From Mustelus asterias (lineage: Eukaryota), in NCBI RefSeq assembly GCF_964213995.1, contig NC_135830.1, positions 13,516,001 to 13,580,000 on the forward strand: a stretch of DNA of 64,000 nucleotides, in the 5' to 3' direction. Under the pieces are notes generated by a model. That model saw nothing but the letters and a program-made list of their open reading frames with translations. It did not search any database and had not been told where the DNA came from. Below, piece after piece: positions 12,878-25,375 of this stretch (within the stretch, counting starts at the first letter, position 1; every line of letters begins with the position of its first letter). The position numbers were made by a program, and so were the translations under genes.

Positions 12878-13203
12878 CTCAGCACTAATTGACCGAGACT
12901 GGGTCAGTGCTCTGTTTTACCATCCAACATTATTTGCAGTGCTGTAATATTTATGTCCAGCTCTGTACAAACAGCGAGAATCAAATGGAAAATTTATGAT
13001 AACTATTCAATTATCATTTGGTGTTTTCAATAACATGTTCATGTTATACCCGGTGAAATACAAAACATAAGGGTTATTTATGTCGAGCGAACGGTATCCA
13101 CAAATACAATAATAATCTCATGAATATTAATTGACTTTGCTTTTCCTCTGGTTTGTGAATATTTAAAATAATGGCGGCTTTTCTGTCTATTTTTTGCAGG
13201 GCC

Positions 13204-13290
13204 AGTTATTGTATGACCCAGCCAAGCGAATGTGACACTGTGACTACTTTGACTACTGGGGACAAGGGACCATGGTGACGGTGACTGCAG
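13204..13290 (+). CDS. IGHJ: JH segment (13243-13290, YFDYWGQGTMVTVTA) with 23-RSS
   Basis: AGTTATTGT-23-CACTGTG, WGxG motif, donor CAG|GTAAGA. Confidence 0.96.
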
Positions 13291-13559
13291 GTAAGAACCA
13301 TGCAATGATTTAGTAACTGTTTTACTTGAGCTTTTGTTTTATATTTTTTATCGATTTTATTAATTCATTCGTTCACTGAAATGTGGTTTGGTGGATTCTG
13401 CGCTGAAAATCTTAACAATGTTTCATGTGATTCTGCTGAAAATGGGGGTTATAAAATTATACTGTTAATTGACAAGGCGATGCTGAGGGATTCAATCCTT
13501 GGTTGTTGTATTTTGGTCTTTATCTGCTGAGGACATTGTGTGGCTGGGTTACTTTAAAA

Positions 13560-16500
13560 GTTACTGTCTAACTTCTGTTAAACAGTTCGACGTTTCTGCA
13601 GTGTATAAACTCGGTGACATCTAGTGGCTGCGGGTTGTACCATCTGCTGCACACGCATTTGAAATCTAACCCAATATTTTAAAAATGTGTTAAAGATTCT
13701 GTATTAATTGAGTGATCATATTCCGCTTACTCGCAATGCCGGTGTGGTTCTGACATATTTCTGTTAATTTAATCATTGATTAGTTTGGTGATGAGCGGAT
13801 TGGCTGGATTTAAATTTGAGATTTGCTGTCAATGTTACATTTGATTCTATTGAAAGTGTTTGTAGAATTGAGCTGCTTCTGCATTATGCGGGGCTCAGTG
13901 ATGTATATTTTTTTCTGTTGAGGAGATTGTGGGTATGGGTGACTTTGAATAAGTAAAATTTTTGAAATGGTTTGGCGATTCTGCATTATTTAAACTCGGT
14001 GACACTGAGCTGTTACACACTTTGTGATTGAATACAAACAGTCTTCGCGTCTGAAACTGCTTGACGCATGATTACATGTTGAAATCAGGCAGGCTTTATT
14101 CCATTGGCATTTTTGAAAATCATAATTGATAATTGCAGGTTAAACTAAATCACAGTTTACGCAGTTTGTTCAGAATATAGTTTGCCACTGCATTCACTAT
14201 TTGGTTAACCTGCAATGTTAAATCTCAGTGATTGCTGCAGCTTTTACCATCCAAATGTTTAAATATGTTTGAAATATGATCCAATATGAATAAAATGTGG
14301 TAAAGTTTCCATATTAATGTGTTGGATATATTCTATCTCTTCACAATGCTATTGCTATTATTCCAGATTTCTGTTTTGTTTAATAATTCATACATTTGGT
14401 GACGAGCTGTTTTGCTGGATTCGATATTGAGATTTTCTTGCAATGTTACATTTGATTATGTTGAATGAATAATTGAGCTGCTTCTTCATGAAGCGGAATA
14501 ATTCCCTCAGTGATGTGCTTTGGAGTGTTTATGTTCAGGAGATTCTGTGGTTCGGCCACTATGATAGTTTAAAATTTGCGAAGTGATTTGATGTTTCCGC
14601 ATTGTTTCTGCATTGTTTAAACTCGGCGGCACTGAGCGGTTACACATTTTCTGGTTGAATGCAAAGAATCTCTGAGTTTGAAAGTCCTTGTAGTAGAAAA
14701 CAGGCATGTTTTGGAAAAAAATGAAATCAAGATATCACAACATTTTTATAAATTTTAACTAATGTTTAAATATTAAAATAAATCATGACTTACAAAGTTC
14801 ACTTGGACACTAAGTCATTGCTGCAATCACAAACTTCTCATTAACCAATTTGATCATGAAATTAAGATAAATCAAACAATTATTGATCGGCAATATAACT
14901 CCATATTCACCAAAGATTTTTTTATGTTAATATCATTATTCATTAATCACCTCTAATAGTTCTGTTCAATTAAAATGACCAGAAAAGTTTCTGGGCTGGA
15001 AATATTTTGTGATAATTCCAGAAACTATTTCAATGATAACGTGCTGTTTCCATAGCAGCGCTCAATTCAACAAGATACTTTGCATTAGTCGTTATATCCC
15101 GGATTAAGTTCGCATTCACTGGAATACGAGTTTTGCAGAATAAGACGTTGCTTTTTGGCAATTTATGTATCCGATTATTACATTTTCTTTCTGTGCAGTC
15201 GCAATCAGATTATTCCTTCCAAGTAATTTGTAATTGGATACCGAGATAATTAATTACTAATCTCATCTCAAAATTTGTGAAATGGTTTGGTGTTTCTCAA
15301 TTGTTTCTGTATTGTTTCAACTCTGTGAAACTGAGCGGTTACACGTTTTCTGGCTAAATGAAAATAAAACTGCGTTTGAAAATTCTTGCAGGGATAAAGG
15401 AAAAAGGTTTCGGAAAAATAAAATAATTAGATGTTTGGGCTTTTATTCAAGTTAACTGATGCTTACATATTAAAATAAATCATGAATTACAATTCTTACA
15501 GAGACACTGTATCTCTGTTAGGGAGATTACACTACCCTGAATCTGTTATATTTCAGGTGCTCATTTTCAGAAAAAATACATTTTTGCCCAGTTTTCATGA
15601 TTTGAGACAGACAGGGAGAGATAGTTAAAAGGCGAAGGGAGTTTTGAAATGAACATCAGGTTAATTTAAATTTTTTATTGACTTTTTTGCAGTTGTAATT
15701 TGACCTTAGATCAATTAGAATCAAACAGTTTGAATAAATTTGACAGAGCGAACAGAGTTTTCTGACAGGTGGAATTCGCTGACACGCAATTGTTCACATA
15801 ATTGTGTTTGAATTGTAGTAAAGTGTCAACAGAGACTGGCTAGAGATGGACAAGTTAATGCTTGAAATTCAAAAAGATTAATTTAAATAAAAATATTATA
15901 CTATTATAAATACTATAAAAATAATCTTATCTCTGCACTTGATAATAACATCATGTCTCCCATTACTGCTGAACACAGGATAGAATTATGGGAAGAATAA
16001 ATGACAGAATAGAAGAATTGATTCTATCTGAACCTTATGTTTAATTCATATTAAATATTATAATGAAGAAAAAGTCTGGACTTACATTCTGCATCATGTT
16101 TTAGTGTTACAGAGGATTTGAATCAATTGTCCTCTTTGTGTTTGCACTGTTTAATTCAGATCTTCTTTAATTAAACAATGTGTTCAGTAATTAAGTTATA
16201 TGGATGTTCTAAATTACTAAATCTTGGAAGCAGTATTATTGACTTCAAACTGCCAGGCCGTTACAGTCTATACATATTCAGCAGTATGCAATTTTAACAC
16301 TTTTGCAGGTTATAATAAGACACTTGTAGTAAAAGTGAAAAAGTAAAATATTACAATGTGATTAGATTTAAGTAAATGAATGACAGATGTCTGAATGTTT
16401 CTGTTCAGTAATTTGAAATTATATTTAACATTGTCTAAGATTTAATTGTAACCTAATTATTTAACAATGTTGGAGGCAGAAGCACATTTTGAATGATTGA

Positions 16501-17110
16501 AAACCCATTTTATTACAGAGTACAAATGAGCTGACAGGAGAACTAACTAGTAATTAACAATAACTTAAAATATAATAATGCTGCTGATTAATTCAAAACA
16601 AACTACCTTGAATATTGTACAGGCGTGCAAAATACAATCCGTTTTAGAGAATATTCAATTGTATCGGAAATGTATTCAGAAACAAAACATTACTTTACTC
16701 AGCTGTGCTCACTCGATAAAGTGCTTTGCTTTGATTAATTTGTTGAGTACATTTAATTAAGAAATTAGATCTAATCAGGTAATGATTTTCAATCGAAATG
16801 TTTCTTGATTTGGTTACTTCTTGCTGTGTCACCGCATCTCTGTTAGGGACATTGAACTGTCCTGAATCTGTTATTTTTGATTGCTCATTTTCGGCGAAAT
16901 TACATTTTTACATAGTTTTCGAGAAGTGAGACAGAGGAATAATTAACAGTCGAAAGGTGTTTTGAAATGAATATCAGTTTAATTTAAAATAGGTTATTAA
17001 TTTTCTGTTGTTGTAAGTTGGCCATTGATCAATTAGAATCCAACAGTTTGAATGAAATTGACAGATTGAACAGATCTATCTGCTGGGCACTCGATTGTTG
17101 CACCGTTTAT
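13560..17110. repeat. Degenerate duplications in the 5' J-C intron
   Basis: About 13660-13900 matches about 14270-14500. The AAACTCGGTGACACTGAGC-like motif recurs at about 13607, 13992, 14619 and 15319. 15512-15760 matches 16837-17080. Confidence 0.7.
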
Positions 17111-17154
17111 GTCTGTTCTGTTTCTGTGCGCGTGGTCACTGTGTTGGGGCCAGG

Positions 17155-19935
17155 AAACACACACACACACACACGCACACACACACATGCACTATCCCTC
17201 CCACATTCCCGTACTCTCACTTCGTCTCACAACTCATTCACATGCTCCCTCTCTCATACGAACACTTCCACACGCATTCTCTCACGCAGGCACATATTTC
17301 TCTCTCTTTCACACGCTTACTCCCTTACACATTATCTCACATACGCACAATCTTGCTCTCAAACACTGTCTCTCACAAAGACTCTCTCTCTCACACGCCC
17401 ACAGTCTCTCCGTCTCTCACACACGAACACACATGTATACACAATGTATCTCTCTGAAACACTCCACCTATCACAGACACGTTTTCTCTCAATCGTTATT
17501 TCACTCACACACACTCACACATCCACTCTGTCTAATTTTCACACTTTTTCTCGCTCACACTCTCCTCGCCCCTCCACACACGCACACACACACACACTTT
17601 GAAGAACAGAGACACTCTCACACACATAAAGAATATCTCTTCAAACACACACTCTCTCTCACACACACACACATTCGCGATATCACATATCCTTTCTCTC
17701 ACGCACACTCTCTCCTCTTGCACACACAGACCACTGTCTCACACACGTGCAAAAGCACTCATGTGTCTGACACACTCTCACCCACATAAACCACACACAA
17801 CGTCTCTCTCTCACACACAAAAACTCTTTCTCTCTGTCACAGACACACACGCTCACACACACACACACACTCAAAAATATTGCTTCTATCACCCACACAC
17901 ATTGTACACATCTTTCTCACTCACACGCAATCCCATGCACACTTTCACACACTCATGAACCTACTATTTTGCTTTCAAATAGGCACTCCCTCTCGCACAC
18001 ACTGTCTTTCACATGAACACAACACTCTCTCCCACACACAGACCCTCCTTCTCAAGCACACGCACTCTCTTTCACAGACACCCTGTATCTCATATAGACA
18101 CACTTCTTTTCACATAAACACACACTCAATCACACACAGAAGTACTCTCTCATACAGACTCCCCACACACATTCTCCCCGCCCCTCCACACACACACTTT
18201 CAAGGTGAGACACACTATCACACACAAAGAATAACTCTTCAAACACATGCTCTCTCACACACACACATTATCTCACACACCCTTTCTCGCACACACACTC
18301 TCCCCTCTTGCACGCACAGCCCACTGTCTTACACACGTGCAAACGTAGTCTATCACACACAGGCACCCTCCCACACATTCACTCTCTCTCTCTCTCTCAC
18401 ACACACACACCCAAACACCCTCTCACACACTTTCCATCTCACATACGTCAGAGTGTCTGTCCTTGACATCATAGAATAGAATCATAGGATCCTACAGTGC
18501 AGAAGGAGGCCATTCAGCCCATCGAGTCTGCACCAACAGCAATCCCGATCCCCATAACCACATGTATTTACCCTAACTAGTCACCCTGACACTAAGGGGC
18601 AATTTAGCACGGCTAATCCACCGAACCCGCACATCTTTGGACTGTGGGAGGAAACAGGAGCACCCGAATGAAACCCAAATAGACATGGGGGGAACTTGCA
18701 AACTCCACACAGACAGTGACCCAAGTCGGGAATCCAACTCTGAGGCAGCAGCGCTAATCACTGTGCCACCGTGCCACCATCCCCCCGCCCCCCCCCCCCC
18801 CCCACTTACTCACTCGCATTCACTCACTCACTCTCATTCACTCACACTCACACCCTCATTCACTCACCAGCACTCACTCACTCACACCCACTCACCCTCA
18901 CACATCCTCACTCACTCATCCCCATTCACTCACTGTCACTCAGCCACCCACACTCACGCGCTATCACTCACTCAACCTCACTCACTAACCCTCAGTCACT
19001 CACTCAGAGCCTCAGTCACTCACCAACACTCATAATCACCTTCATTCACTCATCCCACTAACCCACCCTCACTCACCCAGTCTCACTCACTCTCACTCAC
19101 TCACCCTACTTACCCACCCTCACTTATCCAGTCTCACTCACTCTCCCTCACCCTCACTCACCCCACTTACGCACCTTCACTCATCCAGTCTCAATCACTC
19201 TCACTCACTCACCGCATTTACCCTCCCTCACTTATCCAGTCTCAATCTCTCTCACTCACACTCACTCACTCTCCCCACTTACCGACCCTCACTCACCCAG
19301 ACGCACCCCCACACACTCAAGCTCAATCACCCCCTCTCTCTCACGTATGCCACCTGACCCATTCAAACTCACTGAGACTCACGCACCTACATTCACTCAC
19401 ACACCCTCACATATTCACCATCACTCAAGGTCACCCACCCTAACTCACAGATCCTCAATCACTCATCCTCACTCAAACACCTTCACTCACTCACCCTCAC
19501 TCATCCACCCATCCGCATTTATTCTCCCTCACACACTCTCACACCACCCTCAATAACACACCCTGACTCACTCACTCTCTCACCCTCACTTACAAAGTCA
19601 CATTCACTCCTCACCCTCATTCACTCGCTCTCACTCACCCACCTTCACTAACCTTCACGCATCCTCACTCGCTCACCCTCATTCATTCATTCTCTCTTAC
19701 CGACACTCACTCACCCACCTTCACTCACACATTCAGCCACCTTCACTCACCCACCCTCTCTCACACACCCTCATTTACTCACGTTCTCTCACCCTCACCC
19801 ACACTTACTCACTCACACTCAATCACTCACCCTCACTTACCCACCTTCCATCACTCACACACCATCACTCATCCACTTTCACTCCTTCAATCACTCACCC
19901 TCACGCACTCACATTCTCTCACTCACACTCGCTAA
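17155..19935. repeat. Low-complexity CA/CT tract followed by a (TCAC)n-like tract, split by a SINE
   Basis: Visible directly. The H/T/L/S-rich ORFs here are translation artefacts. Confidence 0.9.
18470..18780 (-). mobile_element. HE1-like SINE
   Basis: Family core on the reverse strand with a (TTCTA)-type tail at 18470-18490. Confidence 0.75.
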
Positions 19936-20019
19936 ACCTGTGTGTGGAGGTCTGCAACGAGAGAGAAGAAAGATCTCAAGCGGCAGTTTGGTCTTCAAAT
20001 GTGGGAGCTGCCCTGCGAA

Positions 20020-20675
20020 TGTGGAGAGCTGGGGGGAATCCCTGGGGGCTCAGGGCCAAGGACAATGGCAAAGAGCCGGGGAGAACAGGAGGCGTGCTAA
20101 AGGGCAGAGAGCTGGGGGCGGGGGGGGGGGCACAGAGTCTGGGGAAAGGGCCGAGAGCCGGGGGAAAGGGCAGAGAGCCAGGAGAAAGGGCAGAGAGCCA
20201 GGAGAAATGGGAAAGAGCGCCAATGGAAAGGGCAGGGAGCCAGGTGAAAGGGCAGAGAAACAGGAGAAAAGGCAGCGAGATGGAGGAAATGGCAGAGAGA
20301 TCAGGGAAAGAGGAGAAGCCAGGATAAAGGGCAGGGAGGCCGGGGAAAGGACAGAGAGCCGACGAAAAGTGCAAAAGAGCCCTGGGGAAAGGGCAGAGAG
20401 TCAGGGGGAAAGACAGAGAGTCAGGGGGGAAGGGCAGAGAGCCGGGGGAACGGGGAAAGCGAATAGTGAGCAGGGACAGAGGGCAGAGAGCCGGGGGAAA
20501 GGGTAGGGTGCTGAGGGAAAGGGCAGAGAGCCGGGGGAGAGGGCACAGAGCTGGAGGGAAGTGTCGAGAGCCAGGTGGAAGTGCAGAGAGCCAGGTGAAA
20601 GGGAAAGGAGCCACAGGGAATGGCAGAGAGCCAGGGGAAAGGGCAGAGAGCCAGGGAAAATGGGCAGAGAGTGGG
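20020..20675 (+). repeat. G/purine-rich tandem repeat of about 20 bp (GGGCAGAGAGCC[A/G]GGGGAAA)
   Basis: Unit recurs throughout, e.g. 20148-20210, 20490-20540, 20620-20670. The top strand has very few T. Confidence 0.9.
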
Positions 20676-21000
20676 TGATCGACGGGCGGAGTGAGGAGGT
20701 GCAAAATAGAGCTATCACCACAATCAGATCATCTGTAATCTCAGTGAACTATGGAGGTGACTTCAGGGTCCGAATGGTCAACTCTTGCTATTAATGTACG
20801 ACCCTTAAATTAATCAATGTTGCAATTATTTGAATTTGTAATCACATTTACAGTTTCCTGGTCATTCAGTAAGTATTCATTCCGAAGGTATTTCTGAAGG
20901 AAAGTCACTAATCTTCGTTTTGTGGAGTGAGAGGCAGTGAGTTGGAGAGAGGAAGGGGCATCAGTCAGTTTGAACACAGGCAATATCCAAAAATTACAAT

Positions 21001-21118
21001 GTGGAGATGCCGGCGTTAGGTTGGGGTGGGCACAGTAAGGAGTCTCACAACACCAGGTTAAAGTCCAACACGCTTATTTGGAATTGCGAACTTTTGGAGC
21101 TCTTTCATCAGGTGAGTG
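21001..21118 (-). mobile_element. Penelope-like terminal repeat fragment with degenerate hammerhead core
   Basis: Reverse complement reads CACCTGATGAAAGAGCTCCAAAAG...TTGGACTTTAACCTGGTGTTGTGAGACT, the same family as 27545-27665. Confidence 0.55.
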
Positions 21119-21641
21119 GCTGATATGAATGAAGAGACAACTTCTTCATCACAAAGTGCTGTTGTTTGAGAAATAGGTAGTGCCTGAAATAATGGAGAAA
21201 GTCTTTACTCTTCTCTGTTAATCCAATGAATGGTATGTCATTACGATGACATCAAAATGTTTTTGTCTTTCCAATCTGATAGAGGTGGTGACAGTGATGT
21301 GAGTTTCTACAAAAATTGCGATTCCCAACTGATAGGAGTAACAGAAGCTCAAAGGTGTGCGTAGGTTTTAATCGGGAAATATTAACTTAAGTTCATAATT
21401 CTAGTCAAATCGTGACGTTGAAACATAGAAAATAGAAGCAGGAGGAGGCCATTCGGCCCTTTGACCCTGCTCCACCATTCACTTTGATCATGGCTCAATA
21501 ATATCCTGACCCCGCCTACTACCCATATCCTTTAGCCCCAAGAGCTATACCTAATATAGAAACATACTTGTATAAATATGTTTGATTAATTAATAAACGC
21601 AGGTAATAGTCTAACTTGTTTAATCGACTATTCTTTCCCAG

Positions 21642-21941
21642 CGACACCGTCTCCGCCCACTCTCTACAGCCTCGTCTCTTCCTGTCAGCAACACAACCCC
21701 GGCGGCTCCATCACCTACGGCTGTTTGGCGATGGACTACTCTCCAGATGTCTCCAAACTGACCTGGAAGAAAAATGGGCAGCTGATCGACACTGGATTTA
21801 AGAATTATCCATCAGTGAGAAACGCAAAGGGAACTTACACCTTGAGCAGCCAATTAACCATCACCCAGTCAGAGGGAGAGTGCAGCAAAATCAAGTGTGA
21901 GGTTCGACACAGCGACTCAGTCAAGAGCATTGGAATGCAAT
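21642..21941 (+). CDS. IGHM: IgM Cmu1 exon ([15 protein letters not shown]...[10 protein letters not shown]...TWKK...KCEVRH...MQ)
   Basis: TTCTTTCCCAG| acceptor, C1-set motifs, T|GTAAGT donor, 300 nt, phase 1. Confidence 0.93.
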
Positions 21942-22898
21942 GTAAGTGTTGTGGAACTTGGGCAAGACAGGAACGCTCTGATTGAACTGTATAACTGATA
22001 TGTAGCACTCTGAAAAATGGAATTATGCAAAATCCAGGTAAGTGCCTACTGACTGAAAAGTTGCTCAGAACCAAAGAACAACAGAAATGTTACTGTGCAG
22101 AATGAGGCCATTTAGCCCATCATGTCTGTGCTGGCCAAAAGGGAGAACAAATAAACTAGCCTGACAAAGTAAGCCGATGTTCCAGCCCTTGCTCCGTAGC
22201 ATTGCAGGTTAAAGCACTTGAGATGCAGACCCAGATGCCTTTTAAATGACCATGCTCCCTGGTAATTGAGCCCTCCACTTGGGGAATGAATTATTTCTGC
22301 CTACGTCCCTTATTATTTTGTGAACCACAATTATGTCACGCCTCAGCCTCCTCTTTTCCTAAAGAGAACAAACCCTGCCTATCCAATCTCGCCTCATGGC
22401 GGGAATTTTCAATCCCTGGCAACATTCTTGTAAACCTCATCTCTCTCCAGAGTCATTACGTTATTCCTGCAACGTGGTGACCAGAACTGTACAGCAAACT
22501 CCAAACGTGGCCTAACTCGGTTTTAAGCAGCTCCATCATTGTATCACTGTTTTTGCATTCAATATCTCACATAATAGAGGAACTAATCCAATATGCTTTC
22601 TTGATCAACTTTTCCAGCTGCCCTACCATCTACAAGGACCTGTGGACGTGCACTCTAAGGTCTTGCATTTCCTCAATCCCTCTTAACATTCCAGTTTATT
22701 GCCTTGCTTTGTTTTCCCTCCCCAAATGCATTGTATGGCACTTTTGACGGTTGAATTCCATTCGCCATTTCCCTGCCAATTCAACCAAACCATGGATATA
22801 ATTCTCAAATCGGCAGCTATGGTGCTCAAATAAAAGAACTAATTTTAATTGATGTCAATTGAATCTTCAAGTAACGTCAAAACATGTGTTTGTTAAAG

Positions 22899-23219
22899 GC
22901 GACATCCCCCCAACCGTTATCCGCCCAAGCGTTATCCTCACCGTGAGTTCCAGTGAAGAAATCACAAGCAGAAAATTTGCAACCATCGTGTGTTCAATCA
23001 TCGATTTCCAGCCAAAGTCAATGACGGTGAAGTGGCTGAAGAATGGACAACCCATGGATTCAGGAATTATCACCTCTCCCGCCTGTGAAGTGAATGGGAA
23101 CTTCTCGGCCAGCAGTCGGTTGACAGTCTCCGCTCAGGAATGGTTCAGCAAAGTGGTCTATACCTGCCAGGTCACTCATCAAGGATTCACTCAGAGTCAG
23201 AACATCAGCGGATCTCTGG
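22899..23219 (+). CDS. IGHM: IgM Cmu2 exon (DIPP...[12 protein letters not shown]...WLKNG...YTCQVTH)
   Basis: AAAG| acceptor, G|GTAAGA donor, 321 nt, C1-set motifs. Confidence 0.92.
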
Positions 23220-23384
23220 GTAAGAGACTCAAACCGAGGATAAAATATACCATTCCGATGTTAATCGAAATTAGGGATCTATTAAAGTTAGTACAAAGAT
23301 AGAACAACTTCTAATTTGCTGTCATGTGGTTTGCTGCATTGGGACAGTGCCCCATTCAGAATTTCATCACAACAGCAATTTTTG

Positions 23385-23698
23385 TTATTCCTTCATGAGA
23401 TGTGCATTTATTTCCCATCCCTGAGGGCACTTAAGTGTCAACCACATTGCTGTGGATCTGGAGTCACATGCATGCCAGGCCAGATAAAGACAGCAGATTT
23501 ACTTTTCTAAAGGGCATTCGTGAACCAGGTGGGTTTTTACAACAATGGCTTCATGATGATCATTTGACTTTTAATGATAGATTTTTACTAAATTCAAATT
23601 TCACCATTTGCAGTGGTGAGATTCGAATCTGTATCCCCAGAGTCGTGCCCTGGGTTACAAGACCATTGGTAACAAGACCATGCCACTGTCTCCCCTTG
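23385..23698 (-). mobile_element. SacSINE1-like SINE in the Cmu2-Cmu3 intron
   Basis: Similar to 1-298 and 44420-44805. Confidence 0.65.
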
Positions 23699-24139
23699 AA
23701 GTAGTGTTCCCTTCAATTTTGAAGTAACATAGTAAGCGAGGTGGTCTTGATGTCAGGTTTTTCCTGAGACAGCTGGTAAGATTTGGAGAGACAGTCGGTG
23801 TCGGACTGTTTCACAGGTCGCAGCATAGGGGTAAAATATTGGGAAGTGCATCCACCCTACTTATAAACTAACTGCCAGTACTTGGTTCCTGAGTTCAGGA
23901 ATGGTATATTTGTTGGGGAATACTGCAATGTTGATTCATGAGAATGATACCGCTGCTAAAATACTTGAACAAAAAGAGAATAATTTCACTTGGCAGGCTG
24001 GTTTTCCATCTTCCAGAGAGGTTGAAAGGTGATAGTTAGAGGTTGATATATCGAAGGCAACTTCGTCTCCTTCAGGCTGAAGACTGCTGTCTTGCTTCTG
24101 AAGAGGGAACTAGGGTTGATTTTCATTTGTCATTCACAG

Positions 24140-24448
24140 ATCCTCCCCAGTGCCCTGATACCACAGTGACCATACAGCCACCACCAATAGAACAGGTCTT
24201 ACTGGAGGCAACAGTGACCTTAACCTGCATCATTTCTAATGCTCCCTATGGAGTCAACGTGTCCTGGATCCGAGACAGGAAGTATTTGAAATCAGAGATT
24301 GCCGAAAAGCCAGGAGCGGATCCTGACAGCGTGGTCAGCAACTTAAACATCTCGACACAAGCCTGGCTGAGTGCGGCTGTGTTTGACTGCGTGGTGAGCC
24401 ATCAGGATCTGCCGACTCCTTTAAGAAAATCCATCCACAAGGAAACAG
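24140..24448 (+). CDS. IGHM: IgM Cmu3 exon (PPQCPD...TLTC...VSW...[13 protein letters not shown])
   Basis: CACAG| acceptor, G|GTGAG donor, 309 nt. Confidence 0.93.
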
Positions 24449-24941
24449 GTGAGCTGAGAGATTGAAGCAATAAATGCGTCACTGTGTCTATTTCCAGTGT
24501 CAGTGTACTGGTCAATATTCAGTATTCAGTGCATTAATGGTGTCCCCTGAGTGGAAACTCTACTAACTAAAAACTGGGAGTTGTAGATATTTTTACGGGG
24601 AAATTTGATGTGTTGATGAATGAAAAGTGAACTGAAGGCGATGTTATTGGGTTTAGATCGAATAACGAGGGAGGAGCCTGATGTGGAGCATGAAAACCAA
24701 AAATAAAGCCGATCAGTTGGGCCGAATAGCCTGATTCTGTGATGTAAAATTTCTGAAACTTCCCAGTCCAGCCCCCTGAGTTATTTGATAAAATAATTGT
24801 GTTCACCTCTGCTCCAAACTGGAAGTCAAAAATGGAAACATTGAAAATCGAAACGAAGCACATTTTTCTGATATCTAGCCAGCAGTTTCATTGTCTCCAG
24901 AATTCTCCAGTTTATTGACATTTATTGTACATTTTCTGCAG

Positions 24942-25333
24942 ATCCAAATCCGCGGGAACCGTTCGTCTCTGTCCTCCTGCCCTCGGCAGAAGAAGTCTCC
25001 GCTCAGAGATTCGTCTCCCTCAGCTGCTTAGTGAGACGTTTCTCCCCTCGAGAGATCTTCGTCAAGTGGACCGTCAACGACAAGCCGGTGAATCCTGGGA
25101 ACTACAGGAACACCGAGGTGGTCGCGGAGAGTGGGAATAGCTCCTTCTTCATGTACAGCCTGTTATCCGTTGCAGCAGAGGAATGGTCCAGCGGCGCTTC
25201 TTACTCCTGTGTGGTGGGACATGAAGCCATCCCCTTGAAGATCATCAACAGAACAGTTGACAAATCCAGCGGTAAACCCAGTTTTGTGAACATTTCCCTT
25301 GCACTGATGGACACTGTTAATTCATGTCAATGA
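24942..25333 (+). CDS. IGHM: IgM Cmu4 exon plus secretory tailpiece (...[24 protein letters not shown])
   Basis: CTGCAG| acceptor, tailpiece with N-I-S sequon and penultimate Cys, internal donor G|GTAAA at 25271/25272 for the membrane form. Confidence 0.95.
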
Positions 25334-25360
25334 GAATCACTCGGTTACATTAAAAACTTC

Positions 25361-25375
25361 AATAAAAAGAATAAA
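25361..25375 (+). terminator. Secretory poly(A) signals
   Basis: AATAAA at 25361 and 25370, just after the tailpiece stop. Confidence 0.8.

Noticed and set aside
11700-13290. Germline-joined VDJ or IgNAR/IgW identity
   Set aside because: V, D1, D2 and J are separate with intact RSS. Four C exons with a mu-type tailpiece and a conventional VH FR2 indicate IgM.
17018-19556. Long His/Thr/Leu/Ser-rich ORFs
   Set aside because: Translations of CA/CT/TCAC low-complexity repeats inside the J-C intron.
19940-20794. 188-242 aa G/E/R-rich and P/L/S-rich ORFs
   Set aside because: Products of the T-poor purine repeat, open in several frames on both strands.
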